A stretch of 62,416 nt of DNA, filler included, from Hausera hauseri (lineage: Eukaryota): NCBI GenBank assembly GCA_046269625.1. It is 13 parts of 13 records of this genome, joined end to end, with 100 filler letters (N's around TTAATTAATTAA, not from the genome) between each part and the next. Parts side by side here need not be neighbours in the genome. Positions count along the whole stretch, not along the records: positions 29,087 to 34,040 come from JBJURY010380480.1; positions 34,141 to 38,461 come from JBJURY010635775.1; positions 38,562 to 43,930 come from JBJURY010268953.1; positions 44,031 to 48,020 come from JBJURY010836081.1; 9 more parts are not named here. The stretch is one strand, 5' to 3'. How positions within the stretch are numbered: the stretch's first letter is position 1; each line of letters begins with the position of its first letter. The notes under the pieces are model-generated. The model worked only from the letters and a program-made list of their open reading frames with translations, had not been told where the DNA came from and made no database searches. The translations under genes and the position numbers were made by a program. Below, in pieces: positions 33,840-46,835 of the stretch.

Positions 33840-35129
33840 ACGTATTTCTCTGTTTCTTTTTTCTTTCCGTAAATAAGATACGCCGTATTGGTCAGTTAAA
33901 TAATTCAAAAACTATAAATACGGGTAGGAAATAATATTAATCATGATGGAAATAGTTAATCAACTGAAGCAATTGCAATATTTTAATGGATTATCAATTT
34001 CAGACTTGGTACAATGGTGGCAAGTACTTTATAATGAACTNNNNNNNNNNNNNNNNNNNNNNNNNNNNNNNNNNNNNNNNNNNNTTAATTAATTAANNNN
34101 NNNNNNNNNNNNNNNNNNNNNNNNNNNNNNNNNNNNNNNNCGACTTTGTACAATTTAGTTGACCAGAGCCTCATTGTGTCGTCGTTATTGGAAACGAAGG
34201 TGTTGTATAAACAGAACATTAGTCCAACGTTTCAAAAGGAAAATTTGAAACTGTGGATCTTATTAGCTAGTCGCTTGTCGCAACGAATAACCAAAAACAC
34301 GTTTTTATACCATTCGACTAACGATAAATTACAGTTGTAACCTTTTGTCGATTTCCTTTCTGTGCCCGTTATGTTTCTGACGGATTTACCGTTGGATCTT
34401 ATTTCGCTTGATGATTTCCATACGCTCTTCGATGTTTGGGGCTCGCTTTATGTCGATACCGTTATTAAGGTCGACTTGCTCTAGAAAATGTTGGGAAAAT
34501 TTGCCAAATTAAATCATCAAATTTAGAATTGGCATTTAATTTCTCCTGTCGAATTATGCAACGGATTGTAAAGTTTCAAAATCGAATTATAAACATTAAT
34601 AAAGACCAGATGAAATCACGGAAATCATGGAACGATCTTTGTCTTGAAGTGTTGTGTTTGCTGTTCGACAATGTCACGCTGAGTCGAATAAAGATCGATT
34701 GTAAGAATTTGGGACAGTTATTTTTCGATTTGTTACCAAATGACTCTGCGCCGATTACCGAAAGTTCGAAATCATCGAAATTAAGTCGCCGAGAATTCCA
34801 GTGCAATTTGTCATCGGACTGTAAAAGGTAAACTTTTTCTGTTGAAGAAACTTTCAGTGTCATCGTTGTTCGAGTGAAAGTCGCGGATTTTATTCATTTC
34901 TGATTTTATAGGATTTGGGACGAGTTTATAAGTGGCCTTTTGTAAAACTAAATCTGGTTTTGTACAACCTTTACCCAATCGGGTTTCTTGAATTAGACAC
35001 TGACAGAGCGGACAATAACGGTTGCTTTTAATGTACTTACAAATGCACGTTTTACAAAGGGTGTGTAAGCATTACGTAAGCATTGTTGCGTCAATCAAGT
35101 AAACACCACATAAGCAGAAATATAAAATA

Positions 35130-38100
35130 TTTGTTGTCATAATAACAGGTGTAGCAATAGATATAGGAATAGCAGGAAGTGTAGGAGTGAGAAAAAAGGT
35201 TGACGTGCCGATTGGTGAGATGTCGTCGACAAAAAAGGCGGGCTTTAAGTTGGTGATATGCACTGTAAGTTTTTTGCCGTCTTTATAAATAATAGCGTTA
35301 TGTGAATGCAGCTGTACCAGTATATAGGGCCCCAGATACCGAGGTTGGAAACCGCACGGCGTTTGATTCTTTAGCCATACGAATTTTGCCGAATACAAAT
35401 CTTTAGGGAAATATGTTTTGTCTTTATGGACTAACCTGCAGAACGAATCTTTGCTGACCGTAACAAAGTGATTTTGCACCACCCGTATCGTTTCAACTGT
35501 AGGAGTTTCGTCTAGGGTAGTTAGTTTGAATAATTATGTTACAGAAGCTCCGAATAAGGCTTCAGTAGATGAGCATCCTGTAGAAGTAGATGGAGTGTTC
35601 CGCCCTCCAAGCAGAACAAACAGAAGAAGATTCGTCGAACTAGTGTTGGACTCTGCAAGGATTCTTAGTTACGTTTTCAATTTTCGGTGGAAACGTTCTA
35701 GAAGGCCATTCTATTGAGGATGGTAAGGCGTAGTATGTATGTGATGGATTCTCAATCGGTTAACGATGGGTTGGATTCAAACTGTGGACACTGGTCCGTG
35801 ATGATGAAATTAGGTGATCCAAACCTGCTAATCCATTTACAGATGAAAACGTCAGCTATAGTGTCGGTATTTATGCACCGCAGAGGGATGGCTTCTGGCC
35901 ATCGCGAGGAATGGTCCATTATGGTGAGAATGAATTGATGACCGTTGTCTGAAGGAACAGGGCCAACAATGTCGATATGCATGGATTCGAAACGCGATGA
36001 TTAGGGAAAGTGGAACAGTGGTGGCTTTAAATGCTTAGTTGTTTTGTATTTTTGGCAAGCTACACACTCCTTAATCCATTCCTACACATCAGAACGCATT
36101 GACGGCCAAATTACCTGTCGGTGGGGTAAACAGAAAGTGGCTTTAGCACCAGGGTAGTGTAGCAAATGTACACTATTAAAGGCTTGCCTTTGCAACGGTG
36201 GTGCAAGAATTATTAAGGAATTACATGGTTTAAAAGTGCCTAAAGCCACACCGTCAACAATTGTGCAAGACTTGAAAGAATTAAGCATGTCCTGAGGTGG
36301 CTGGTTCTGTTGAAGTTGAGCTTGTGTAAAAATCAGTGAAAAATTCATCGAACTAACCGACCTAGACAAAAAATCGTCAACCAAATTATTAACCCCGTTA
36401 ATGTTTTATGCCGAAGTTAAATGTCGATAAGTATGATATCTGTCGTTCTTGGCGTGTGAAAGGATGTTTCATAGCCATGATGTTAAGTAAGGGCTTGTGA
36501 TCGGTTTGTACAGTAAAATGGCGAACGACAAGTATGTGGGAGAAATGCTTTAAAGCAAGAACGATAGCCAATAATACTCGATGGAACGTTGAGTATCTAG
36601 TTTCAGGGGATGTTAGTTTACGAGAGAAAAATTATAGTGGTTGATTTTCCCCTTTGTAGATTTGGTGAAGCAATGCGCCTGTTGAAGTGGTTGAAGCGTC
36701 TGTAGTAAGGATGAGTTCTGCATCAGGCTTGGGGAAAGCGAGAATGTCGACGGTTGTAATTCCTTCGCGTAGCTTATCAAACTTGTCAACCACTTCAGGT
36801 GTCCACTGGATTGGCTGATTTTTTTGTCGCTTAAGTGTGCGAATGGTGCTGTCAATTTAGAGCAATGTGGTATATATTTATGTACAAAGCGTAGTGTACC
36901 GAGGAAGCTGCGCATTGCGGTGGTCGTACGTGATAACTGGATATTTTTAAGTGCTTCAACCCGGTCTAGTTGAGGAGAGTGGCCGTCTGGTGAAATAACG
37001 TGGCCCAAAAAGTTGATGCGTTTTTTGAAAAAGGCATTTGTTGAAATTAACTTGGAGATTATGGTGGTGAAGGCTTTGAAGTATTGCGCGAAGTTGTTCC
37101 TCGTTTTGTTTGGTCGAAGAGGAAACGATCAGAATATCATCAATTTAAGGGCATACAAACGGTAAATCTGAGAGAATCGAATTAATATGTTGCTGAAAGG
37201 TCTGTTCGGCATTTCGCAAACCGAAAGGCATAAACAGGTACTCGTAATTTTTTCTAGGTCTTTGGATGCCACCGGTATTTGGTGATATGCTTTGGCCAAA
37301 TCGATGGTCGAATAAATGGTAGTTGAATTAAGGCGATGCAAGATATCCTTGATGAGTGGTGAGGGGTACGCATCCATGATAGTTAAGTTGTTCAACTGTC
37401 AATAATCACCGCATGGTCTAAAAATACGGTCCTTTTTTGTACAACGTGTAAAGGTGACGACCAAGGAGATTTAGAACGGCGTACAATGCCGGAGTGTACA
37501 AGTTCAAGAAATTCGGCTCCTACGACTTGTCTACGACGAGGTGACAGTGGTCGTACATTCTGGCATATTGGTCGTGGATTCTGTTTAATTATGTGATGTA
37601 CAGTGCTGTTTGCAGGGGTAAACGAACGATCTTTTTTAAGTACGTATGGACACGATGTTGTAACGAATGGCTGTAAAGTTGTAGGCAACTATGATAGATT
37701 CGGTGACGATGGTGAAACAGCTTGAGTAGTGGCGGATGCGATTTGTAAATTGTTTAGTAATGTGCAGTCAAGTGGTATTTGGTGTAAGATGGTCAAATTG
37801 AAAATGGTGCTTGATGAAGTGATTTCGTTGCGTGAATTAAGTTTGGTGACAGTACCACAATTAACGACGTTGAACCTTGATCAAATATCAATATTATTAT
37901 CTAAAAATTTACGGAGTGAAATATTACGAAAATTTAAAGTAGTTTTTAGTTTTCTCAAAATTGATCTCCGCATCTCGATCGACTGCGCAGTAGTCAAAAT
38001 GCTATTGATATGCTCAGTAATGCTGCCAGTGATGACACTCCTCAGACATCGTTGGCTGCAGTAAACCAATAAATTATAATATGATAGAAAATATGATCGT

Positions 38101-38461
38101 AGAATTGCCGTCTGGACGTTCGCAACTGTGAACATCCTGCGAAAAGGTGAAGGAAAATTTGGTAAGATAAAGGATAGATTAGTCATGCCAGAAATGTGCA
38201 GCGGTTGACCTGAAGCGGTGTATAAGGACTTGATTTTGAAGGGTGAATTTTGTACAGGAATAGATTGTGGTAATAAAGAAATCGCTGCACCTGTATCAAT
38301 GAGGAAGTCAGCGGATTGCGTTGTAGGAGCGGTGATTGCAGCCTTTAGAGTAAAGACAGCAAAAGAGGCGTGGCGGTATTCAGAAAGTGAAGTAGTGCCT
38401 TTGCCAGTGTTTGCCGTGACTTCTGGAGGCATATTTAGTTTTTTTGAAAAGGGGAACTAGG
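35130..38461 (-). mobile_element. pol: Degenerate Ty3/gypsy pol (PR-RT-RH-IN), CHCC-Gag family, with the gag end and slippery site at the contig edge
   Basis: FLIDTGAAIS, SPWSSPLHVV, IDLAKAYHQI, FLGHVIS, HIDIVGP..ITDQ, YLGPY. Confidence 0.92.
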
Positions 38462-39049
38462 NNNNNNNNNNNNNNNNNNNNNNNNNNNNNNNNNNNNNNN
38501 NNNNNTTAATTAATTAANNNNNNNNNNNNNNNNNNNNNNNNNNNNNNNNNNNNNNNNNNNNTTTTAAGTAACGTAAACCGTGATCTTCAAGGGGAAGGGG
38601 GCCAAAGTCGATAAAGTTGTAAGCGTACGTAGATAGGAAATCATGTATGGAATGTCCGATCTGACGTTAGAATTCTGAATATCGGTTCACAAGTCGAATA
38701 TTCGAATAATTTAATACTCAAAAATCGAAAAAATCAGGTGTTCATATGTTGTTTTACTGTGAATTTCAAGATGATGAAGCAAAATTCAAATTTGGAGGGG
38801 CAAAAGAATTTTATGCAATTGATGCATTGAAACAAGTGTACAAATGCAGTATGTTGGCAATACAAGTGCCATATGTTGGCAACAATATGCAGTGCCGAAT
38901 TTACCCCACCATTAAAATTGTTCCTTTTTCCTTACATGCGTGTTTTGTTTTACTTCATCAATTATCAAAGTAAAATAAAAATCAATAAAAATAGTCAGTC
39001 CACTTTGACATGGCTATATATTTCATTATTTCGAAAATCACTTCAAAGA

Positions 39050-42000
39050 ATGGTGAGTTTTTTATTTGTGCTCTTCAAACTAATTGATTTGTTTAGATTT
39101 GCAAACTATACCAGGAATGTTTGGCTCAAATTTACGAGCATGAAAATTGCCATAATACGATGAAGAAATTTTATGCATCTCAACAATAGGACGGAGTATT
39201 ATATGTTCTATATGTGAGGTAGTGTGCCGTACCGGTTAAGAGGAATTTTACAATCAGTATAAACAACATCTGGATTCCTTCACAAAATCGAAGAAAGAAA
39301 TATTCAACAGTAAGACACCAATGACAAAATGTGGCTCAAAAGCAATTCAGATGTGCGGTTACTATGCTTATTGTGCATTTGCAACGCATTATACGTAACA
39401 GTGCCATGAAACGATGCAGCGGTATTATGGACACAAATACAATCGGATCAAATATTATATATATCCAGGATGCGAGACTGTATGCGGTACAGATTACATA
39501 CAGTTCTATTATAATTACAAACATCATTTGAGTGACTTCGCATCAAAGTCCAAGAAGACTATCTTAAATGCGCAACATAATCCTGCTGCATCTGCTTCAC
39601 TGTATGCTGCTGGAGCTGTTGCAGCAGCTGCAAAGCAGATTAGAGAATTGAAACGCGCGGCCGAAAATACGCAGCAGCATCAGGTGCAGCATAAAATTCT
39701 CCGCCAAAAAGCCTACGGCAGCGGCCGGTTGATGCTTCAGCATGAAAAAAGAAAAGTCCGCAGCTATGCTATTGACGCAACGGGTCAAACAACGCTTCAT
39801 GATTTTCTGGTGTACACAAAGGATGAAACAGAGAATTCTCCAGGATAACATGGCGGAGCTCAAAGCACTTAAGGTCAATATGAAACTGGAGGCCACATGC
39901 ATCAATGTTGATGGCGAAGAATCCAAAAAGGCCTTCAAGACCAAAAATAAGCAAATATTGGAAACTACCAATATAGTATAATGGCTGCATGAGGAACACA
40001 GGAAGCCGATACATGAAGCCTAGGAAATCCAGAAGAGTGGATAGACCATGGCAACCTTACAGAGATTGTTTGGGCATGTACACAAGTATTCGCACATGCA
40101 GGGCACTTCCTATATAATACCCCCTGAATGGATTAAGCAGAAACGCATGCATCAATGTCCATAATGATGACATGTGTTTTATGTATTCCATTCTATCAAA
40201 ACTCGTAAAGGATCAACATAATGTTTCACAAGTCATAGTATACCGAAACATCCAGCACAAGTGTAACTTCCAATGTATTAAGTTCCTGTTATCCTTAGAC
40301 GATGTCCAAAAATTTGGACACCAACATTTCCATCAACATCTTTTGATTGGATGATGAGGACAAAGTATATGATGCGGAATTGGAAGATCATAGTGATCTG
40401 CTCCTAGCAGACGATGGAGAAAAGAAGCATTATGTTTGAATAAAGAATTTCGAGCGTCTATTCAGGTCCCAAATTACGAAGCATACAACAAGAATCGAAA
40501 TACTCAAAAGACGTTTGTCCAATTTCGGCGGTGATACCTATGGAGAAGCTTTAAGAGCACAAGGTGTACTGCAACAACAATTATTGTATCAGGATAGAAT
40601 TTCCCAAGGAGGACTACATCGAATTTAAAGAATATGAAAAGAAGATCAAGGTCCCAATAGTCATCTATTGCTACTTTGAAGCCATATTGAGCTTAGTTCA
40701 GGTATGCAACTCCAATCTAGAACACAGCAGCACAACAGCATACCAATTTCACGAACTCTCATATTGAATGTATTCCAAAGGACTGGATAAGGAACCATTT
40801 CTATTCAGAGGCCCCAATGCTACAGTACTAATCATGAAGCGATTGGAAGACATTGCTCATAGGACTGAAGTTATGTTGCAGCAACATAAGGATGCAATGG
40901 GCATGTCGAAGAATTAAGAAGAATGGCGCAAAGCAGCAGCATGTTACTTGTGAGACAAGTCCTTCACCATAGATAATTGGAAAGTCAGGAATCATTGCCA
41001 TTTTACAGGCAAATATCAAAGCAAAGCCTGCAACAATTGTAATCTACATTGCAGAACAGCGACATTTATACCTGTAGTATTCCACAACCTCAGTTGATAT
41101 GATTCCATTTCGTAGCTCGAGAACTGAGAAACATTGAAGGAAACATTGAAGTGATTCTCAACAGTGAAAAAAAACTTTTATAAAATACGTTGGAAAAATC
41201 CGGCTTCGCTTCGTGGACACTTTCCGATTCATGTCCTTTTCACTTGACAGCTTAGTGAAGAATTTTCCTTCAGATCTTAAGGAGACGAAGCTGTTCTTTC
41301 CTAATACGTTTGATCTAGTCAAAAGGAAAGGAATGTTTCCCTATGATTACACCACATCAAGGAAAACAGCTTTGTCGGCCAAGAAAGATTTTTACAATAT
41401 CCTCTCAAACAGTGATATCAGCGATATGGACTATCAAAATGGCCAAAATGTCTGGGAGACATTCAAATGCCGAACATTAGGCGAATACAGCGATATATAT
41501 CTTCATACGGATGTACTGCTGCTGATGGATGTCTTTGAAAGCTTTCGGGATGTGACATTAGCAAGCCACAAGTTGGACCCAGCTCATTTCTTTGCCTCTC
41601 TAGAAATGAGCTGGACAGCAGTTCTGCGATATACCGGTATTAGACTACAGATCATAAAGAATTATGACATGATCATCGTGATCGAGAGAGATGTTAGAGG
41701 CGGAATATGCCAGGTCATTCACCGGTATAGTGAGGCCAGTAACAAGTATATGGTCCAGTATGATCCATCAAAAGCATCTTTATGCATCACGTACCTAGAT
41801 TCCAACAACTTATGTAGATGGGCAATGAGCCTCCCATTGCCTTATGATGACTTTAAATGGGTAAATCACCCGGAAGCCATCCTTGCTTCAGATGTAGATC
41901 CCAATGGAGATATATCCCAATGGGCTACATACTGGAGGTGGATGTTGAATATCCACATAGCATCCATACAAGGCATGAACAGCTGCCTTTCTTACCTGAG

Positions 42001-42980
42001 AGCAAGCAGCCACCTAACGGTAAACATCGAAAGCTGCTCTGCCACCTAGATAATAGGGAGAGGTATATAGTCCAATAAATCACTCTCCAGCAGGCTATTA
42101 GAAATTGACTCCGCATTACGAAGTTTCATGGGCCCTGCAGGTCAGCCAATCCAAGTAGTTGCAGCTATATATAGATTTTAATACGAAGCTGCGGGCTAAT
42201 GTCAAGAACGACTTTGATAATTATCAATTTAAGCTGTATAATAACAGCGTTTTTGACAAGACGATGGAGGACATCTGCAAGAGGATTAACATTGAGTTGG
42301 TCTGAGTGGAAGCGGGCAAAGAAGCTCATTGCCAAGCCCAACTTCCACAGCAGCATCATATATACGGAGGACTTCGTCTGCATTTATATGCTGAAAACAT
42401 CGCTTGAGACAACATGCCAATGTGTGTATGGCGATACTAGACCTGTCAAAGACCATGATGTATCATTTCCACTATGACATTGTCCCCACATTCCAGTCTA
42501 TGAAGCTCATGTATGTGTATACTGATAGCTTTATCTATTATATCCATATAAAGGATATCTTTACAGATTTTGTTCATTTGACACAAGATATGGATACATC
42601 TGACTATCCTAAGGAGCATCCGACCTATTTAATCACCAGCAAGAAGTTCCTTAGGAAATTCAAAGACGAGGTGAATGGGGCAATCGTCTAGCGATTTTTG
42701 GCGCTGCGGAGCAAAATGTATGCCCTTGATGTATGTAGCCAGATCAAAAATAGAGCCAAGGGTGTACAAAGGGCTGCATTGGTAAAGAAGATTGATGTCA
42801 GTGACTATGTGATGTTCTGCATGAGCAGACTCACAACATATCAGAGATGCGAAGGATCCAATCTAGAGCTCAACATCGAGACAGTAAAGCTGCAGAAGAG
42901 CCAGGATTGGATGGATGATAAGAGGCGCATCCTGGACGATGAAATAAGTACTCTACCTCACGGACGTGGCAATTGTAGAT
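39050..42980 (+). pseudogene. polB: Polinton pPolB, copy A2
   Basis: Colinear with copy A1: RKGMFPYDY, DVLLLMDVFE, YLDSNNL, YVYTDS, LRSKMY, RAKGVQ; many lesions. Confidence 0.95.
39053..39096 (+). other. 44-nt intron after the polB ATG
   Basis: ATG|GTGAGT...CTAAT (branch-like)...TTTAG|ATT TGC AAA gives MICKLYQECLAQIYE. Confidence 0.85.
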
Positions 42981-43241
42981 ATGATGTAATTACTTTGTTC
43001 TTGTTATATCTTTGTTGTATTGTTAATAAGTCTTGCTTCAAAATATCTTGTTGCCTTCTTGATCAAGTAATGTGGGATATAGGATAAGGCCAAGTAAAAC
43101 TAATTAAGTACTATATAGGCCAATTAAAACTATACAAGTAAATATATTAATCAATAAATGAATAAATTTGAAATTCAACTTTAAAAAATCAACGCAGTGC
43201 GTCATTTACTTGCATTAATCTGCCATTATTTCAAAATCAAT

Positions 43242-43459
43242 ATGGCTGAAGCATGTGCAATATGTCGGGAAAAAATGAACGGCAATAATGCAAAATGTCA
43301 TGCCCAATATGCAGAACAAAATGTGAATATCGTCATCCGGGATGCAGAAGATCAATGTCTGTGTCGTGGGTAGGGTGTCTAATAAAGACCCTATATGATC
43401 TCTGGCCTGACACTGAAAGTGAATATGACAATGATGAAACCATTGTAATTTTTGTTTAA
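43242..43459 (+). pseudogene. RING-finger remnant (central part deleted) downstream of polB A2
   Basis: MAEACAICREKM /frameshift/ KMSCPICRTK...DTESEYDNDETIVIFV*; segment absent at the same position in copy A1. Confidence 0.55.
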
Positions 43460-43524
43460 TACACGTTTTTTCTGTATTTTTGTCTTGTATATAAAACCAA
43501 CTATTTCATAACACATTTATTTCA

Positions 43525-43930
43525 TAGCAGCATAACTTTGAAATAACGATAAACACTTTATAAGCGCACGTGAACCATGTTCACGATAAATACATGTAAT
43601 GTTTTTTGGAATAGCTACCATTAGCTACATATTCGTAATTTGGAATGTACTGTTAAATATCTTTCGCCCACCAAAATAAACTTTGACGTAGAACGTGGCC
43701 TCATGTATATTACATGTAGCCTCAATGTCTCGCACGAGGCAATTGTTACAAAACTGGGTATTATATTCATTCCACGTCAATTTATAATGATGTTGTGTCA
43801 GATAGGCATTTGTTGCTTGTGCCTTGTTTGAGCAACAATGCATTAGGTGTCTAAATAGTATATAATACGTCTATTATACTAAAATTCACTTACGAAAATA
43901 CATAATATATTGGATTAAACATATTATTCA
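43525..43930 (-). pseudogene. DxE nuclease-like accessory gene, copy with a 43-nt intron (43851-43893)
   Basis: NMFNPIYYVFS|HLMHCCSNKAQATNAYLTQHHYKLTWNE..FC..TFYVK..IPKNITCIYREHG aligns with 33345-33839. Confidence 0.75.
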
Positions 43931-44030
43931 NNNNNNNNNNNNNNNNNNNNNNNNNNNNNNNNNNNNNNNNNNNNTTAATTAATTAANNNNNNNNNNNNNN
44001 NNNNNNNNNNNNNNNNNNNNNNNNNNNNNN

Positions 44031-44555
44031 ATGAGAGTAAAAGAATAATTCAGTCTTTTGCCAGTTCACTGTAATATCGTTGGTTTTTATAGAAAAGTTC
44101 AATTTTTCACTAATCATACTACGTCTACCGATCTGTAGACCTTTCGAGCGCATATTGACAGATTGAAAACCACATGCCTGAGCGTCGGTTAGTGATTTCA
44201 ATTGAAATTCAATTGGATGTTTGTGATTTAGCACCAATCGATTGTTTAAATGAAAAATATAAACCGGGAAATATTGCCGCTTGTAATTTCGAACGTGAAA
44301 TGTTCCATTAGTGTCTCGGACTAACTGCAAATGACTACATGCAAGAGATTGTCTTAGTAAAGTATAGCATATTCCACTGTTCTCACGTATTGTTATTGGT
44401 CAAAATGTAAATGTGAATTCCGCCAAAGCCACTTCCAAGGCTCCATGGTGTAAATAGAGAGGTTAGTCCAACGCTATGGTAAACCGTTCAGCTGTATTAT
44501 TGTTGTCGTCTTGTTCTTATAATCTGTTACTGTCTAGTACCAAATAAATCCTCAT
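44031..44555 (-). pseudogene. Polinton minor capsid (penton/PX)-like N-terminus
   Basis: MRIYLVLDSN..NTAERFTIALD*PLYLHHGALEVALAEF matches the NTxxxFxxxLxxPLxLxGxWEVALxE pattern; ATG overlaps the integrase stop (TGATG). Confidence 0.75.
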
Positions 44556-45599
44556 CACTTAATCTGAGATGAAAATATCCAACTCGGCGTAATGTATCCG
44601 TGCCACTTGACAAGATATTGTTTATTCGAATCTTTGCTTCGCGAACGTAGAACTTCCTGAATACGATACACATTAGGTTTTTTCCGGTAGTAGTTGCAGT
44701 TTCTATTGGTAAAATTTGCCACGTATTTCGTCACAATTTTCATCTTCTAAAACGTACATAACAGGTTTTTGTTTTGTGTTGATGACTGAAATTTGGTAAA
44801 CCTCATCGCTCCAGTTCTGATTGAAATTCTTAATGAATGGAGTCGTACTCAGCTTTGAAATACGTACATATTCACTGATTTTATACTTGGGGCATTTAAT
44901 TGGTCGTCGTCGTCGTCGTTGTGTTTGGTTTTGGTAAAGCCACATGTCAAAATCATCAATTACATCAACCAGCCGTAATCCATTGATGCCATGATGTATC
45001 AAATAATTGTATGCATGGATAATATCCTATAGTATATTTATCCAGCGTTTATTACCCTGCTTGGTAAAGATTTTGTTCAGTCGACGGCGTAGTGTTTGAT
45101 TAAATCGTTCAACGAATGCAGCCTTGTATTGGGAAAACACCGAGTAGTGGTTTACACCGAACCGTTTCAAGACTGCTGCAACGTGAGCGTTGTAGAATTC
45201 CTTACCCAAATCCGTTTGTACATGTTTTGGCGGTTGTTTTTGTTGTTCAAATAATCTGTGAACAGTGTCGGCAATCTCTTTACCGGATTTAGATTTGACA
45301 GCAATTGCACTTGCAAAACGACTAAACACATCAACACATGTCAGTACATACTGATACCCATCGTTGATGCTGGCGTACGAAACCATTTTTATAAGATCCA
45401 TTTGCCATACATTATTTCCACCGGCAGAACGGTATGTACGAGTTGGACACCGCCTTCTTATCGGTTTGTTTAGGCTATATGCTAACTGTTACCCGAGTCA
45501 ACGTTGGTTCCGGTTCCTAGTTTATTTGACAGTCTTTGCCAGTTTGTCGACGCCAGTATACCCAACGAGATGACGCGGGTCGAACCACACGTCGCCCAT
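44555..45599 (-). pseudogene. int: Polinton rve integrase with chromodomain, copy 2
   Basis: WQMDL, CVDVFSRFA, VQTDLGKEFYN, VERFNQTL, YLVKWHGYITPSWI. Confidence 0.95.
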
Positions 45600-45754
45600 C
45601 GTTGTCGTCGGTGTTGTCGATAATGTTGTTTTCGTTAGTATTTCAGCAATTAGAACGAAACGTAGATGAAAGATTCGGTAAACTGGGACAAAATGATGAA
45701 AACCATGCACCCATATCGCTAAATCATCATATACTTACCGATATTGTTTATACT

Positions 45755-46053
45755 ATGCTGTAGAACCAGTGAGTCCAACCAGTAGTTATGTGACAACCGG
45801 TAGAATTTTACAAGGAATCCGCCATCTTGATGGTAAATGACCTCTCGTTCCAGTCGTTTACTACGAGCGTTGGCAAGGCCAATGAGTAGTTTTCGATACT
45901 TTAGTAAATTCAGCATTCCACTACCAATATCAGCGTGACCCACAACGATATTGTACAAATTTTTCATCAAATTCTCTACTAAAAACTTCGCTTATGTCTC
46001 ATACATACCTTGAGAAAAGCAATAAAGTACGACTGAATAAGTTTAAATCGCAT
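45755..46053 (-). pseudogene. QxGG-F small protein, copy 2 (frameshifted)
   Basis: LYNIVVGHADIGSG..LLKYRKLL..HQDGGFL. Confidence 0.75.
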
Positions 46054-46279
46054 TTTTGGACGTATTAATGCTGAGACGTAGTTGTTTATTACCATTGCCA
46101 CTGTAACGGTAATTTGCTTCTAGTTGCTGCTGCTTCTGCTGCTGTTATTGTTGTTAGAAGCACAAAATTTATTAATCTCTTGATTGTATTCGTTCGTTTT
46201 GATACACCTTTCTTGCCGGACACCCGCTTGGTAGGTTTAACAATTGTTTTTCGGAAATTCTTCATTTTATCACAATCAT

Positions 46280-46835
46280 TTCATTGATTTTCGAATATGT
46301 TTATAGACATGTACACCTTTCTGATTGAAAATATCTGTTCGTATACGCATGTCATCGGGACACTGTTGTGTAAAGTCATTAAACAGATATCTATGTGGTT
46401 TGTTCGTAGCATCAGAATATGCATTTATCAAGTAGGCTGGGTTGTGAGGAAATGCTTGTCGTGCAACATAATCAATGACAGTGTACGTTTAGTTTTCTTT
46501 TTTGATGCTGTCCGCCCTGATGAACATGTTTTACGTAATGAATATAATTGTCACACCACGATTGCACAATCTTCGTGAACAGGTTGTTGAAGTCCGATTG
46601 TTTCGTGGCTTCCTGAAATAAATCGTCAATGACAGTAACATTATCGTTGTGTAATCTCGCAGACCAGTTCTTATCAAACCCATCAATTACCTTTATCGAT
46701 TTAAATTTAAAAATTCCCGATGTGTCAAACCGACCTCACCATTATCTCCAACACCCTGATGCCCGTATATGTGATTGTACCTCGGTAAACGGAACATGTC
46801 ACGGTAGTTCTGCAATAGTTTACACACAAAGTGCG
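46280..46835 (-). pseudogene. A32-like packaging ATPase, copy 2, cut at Walker A
   Basis: Colinear with 30770-31372; VTVIDDLFQEA, HRYLFNDFTQQC. Confidence 0.9.

Noticed and set aside
29087-34040. Giant virus (NCLDV) origin suggested by TBP, dUTPase and A32 ATPase
   Set aside because: The ATPase is linked to an rve-chromodomain integrase, all polymerases are protein-primed type, and no RNA polymerase or other NCLDV core gene is visible
34141-35070. Coding-like sequence beside the gypsy copy
   Set aside because: All frames I read are interrupted and I recognise no motif
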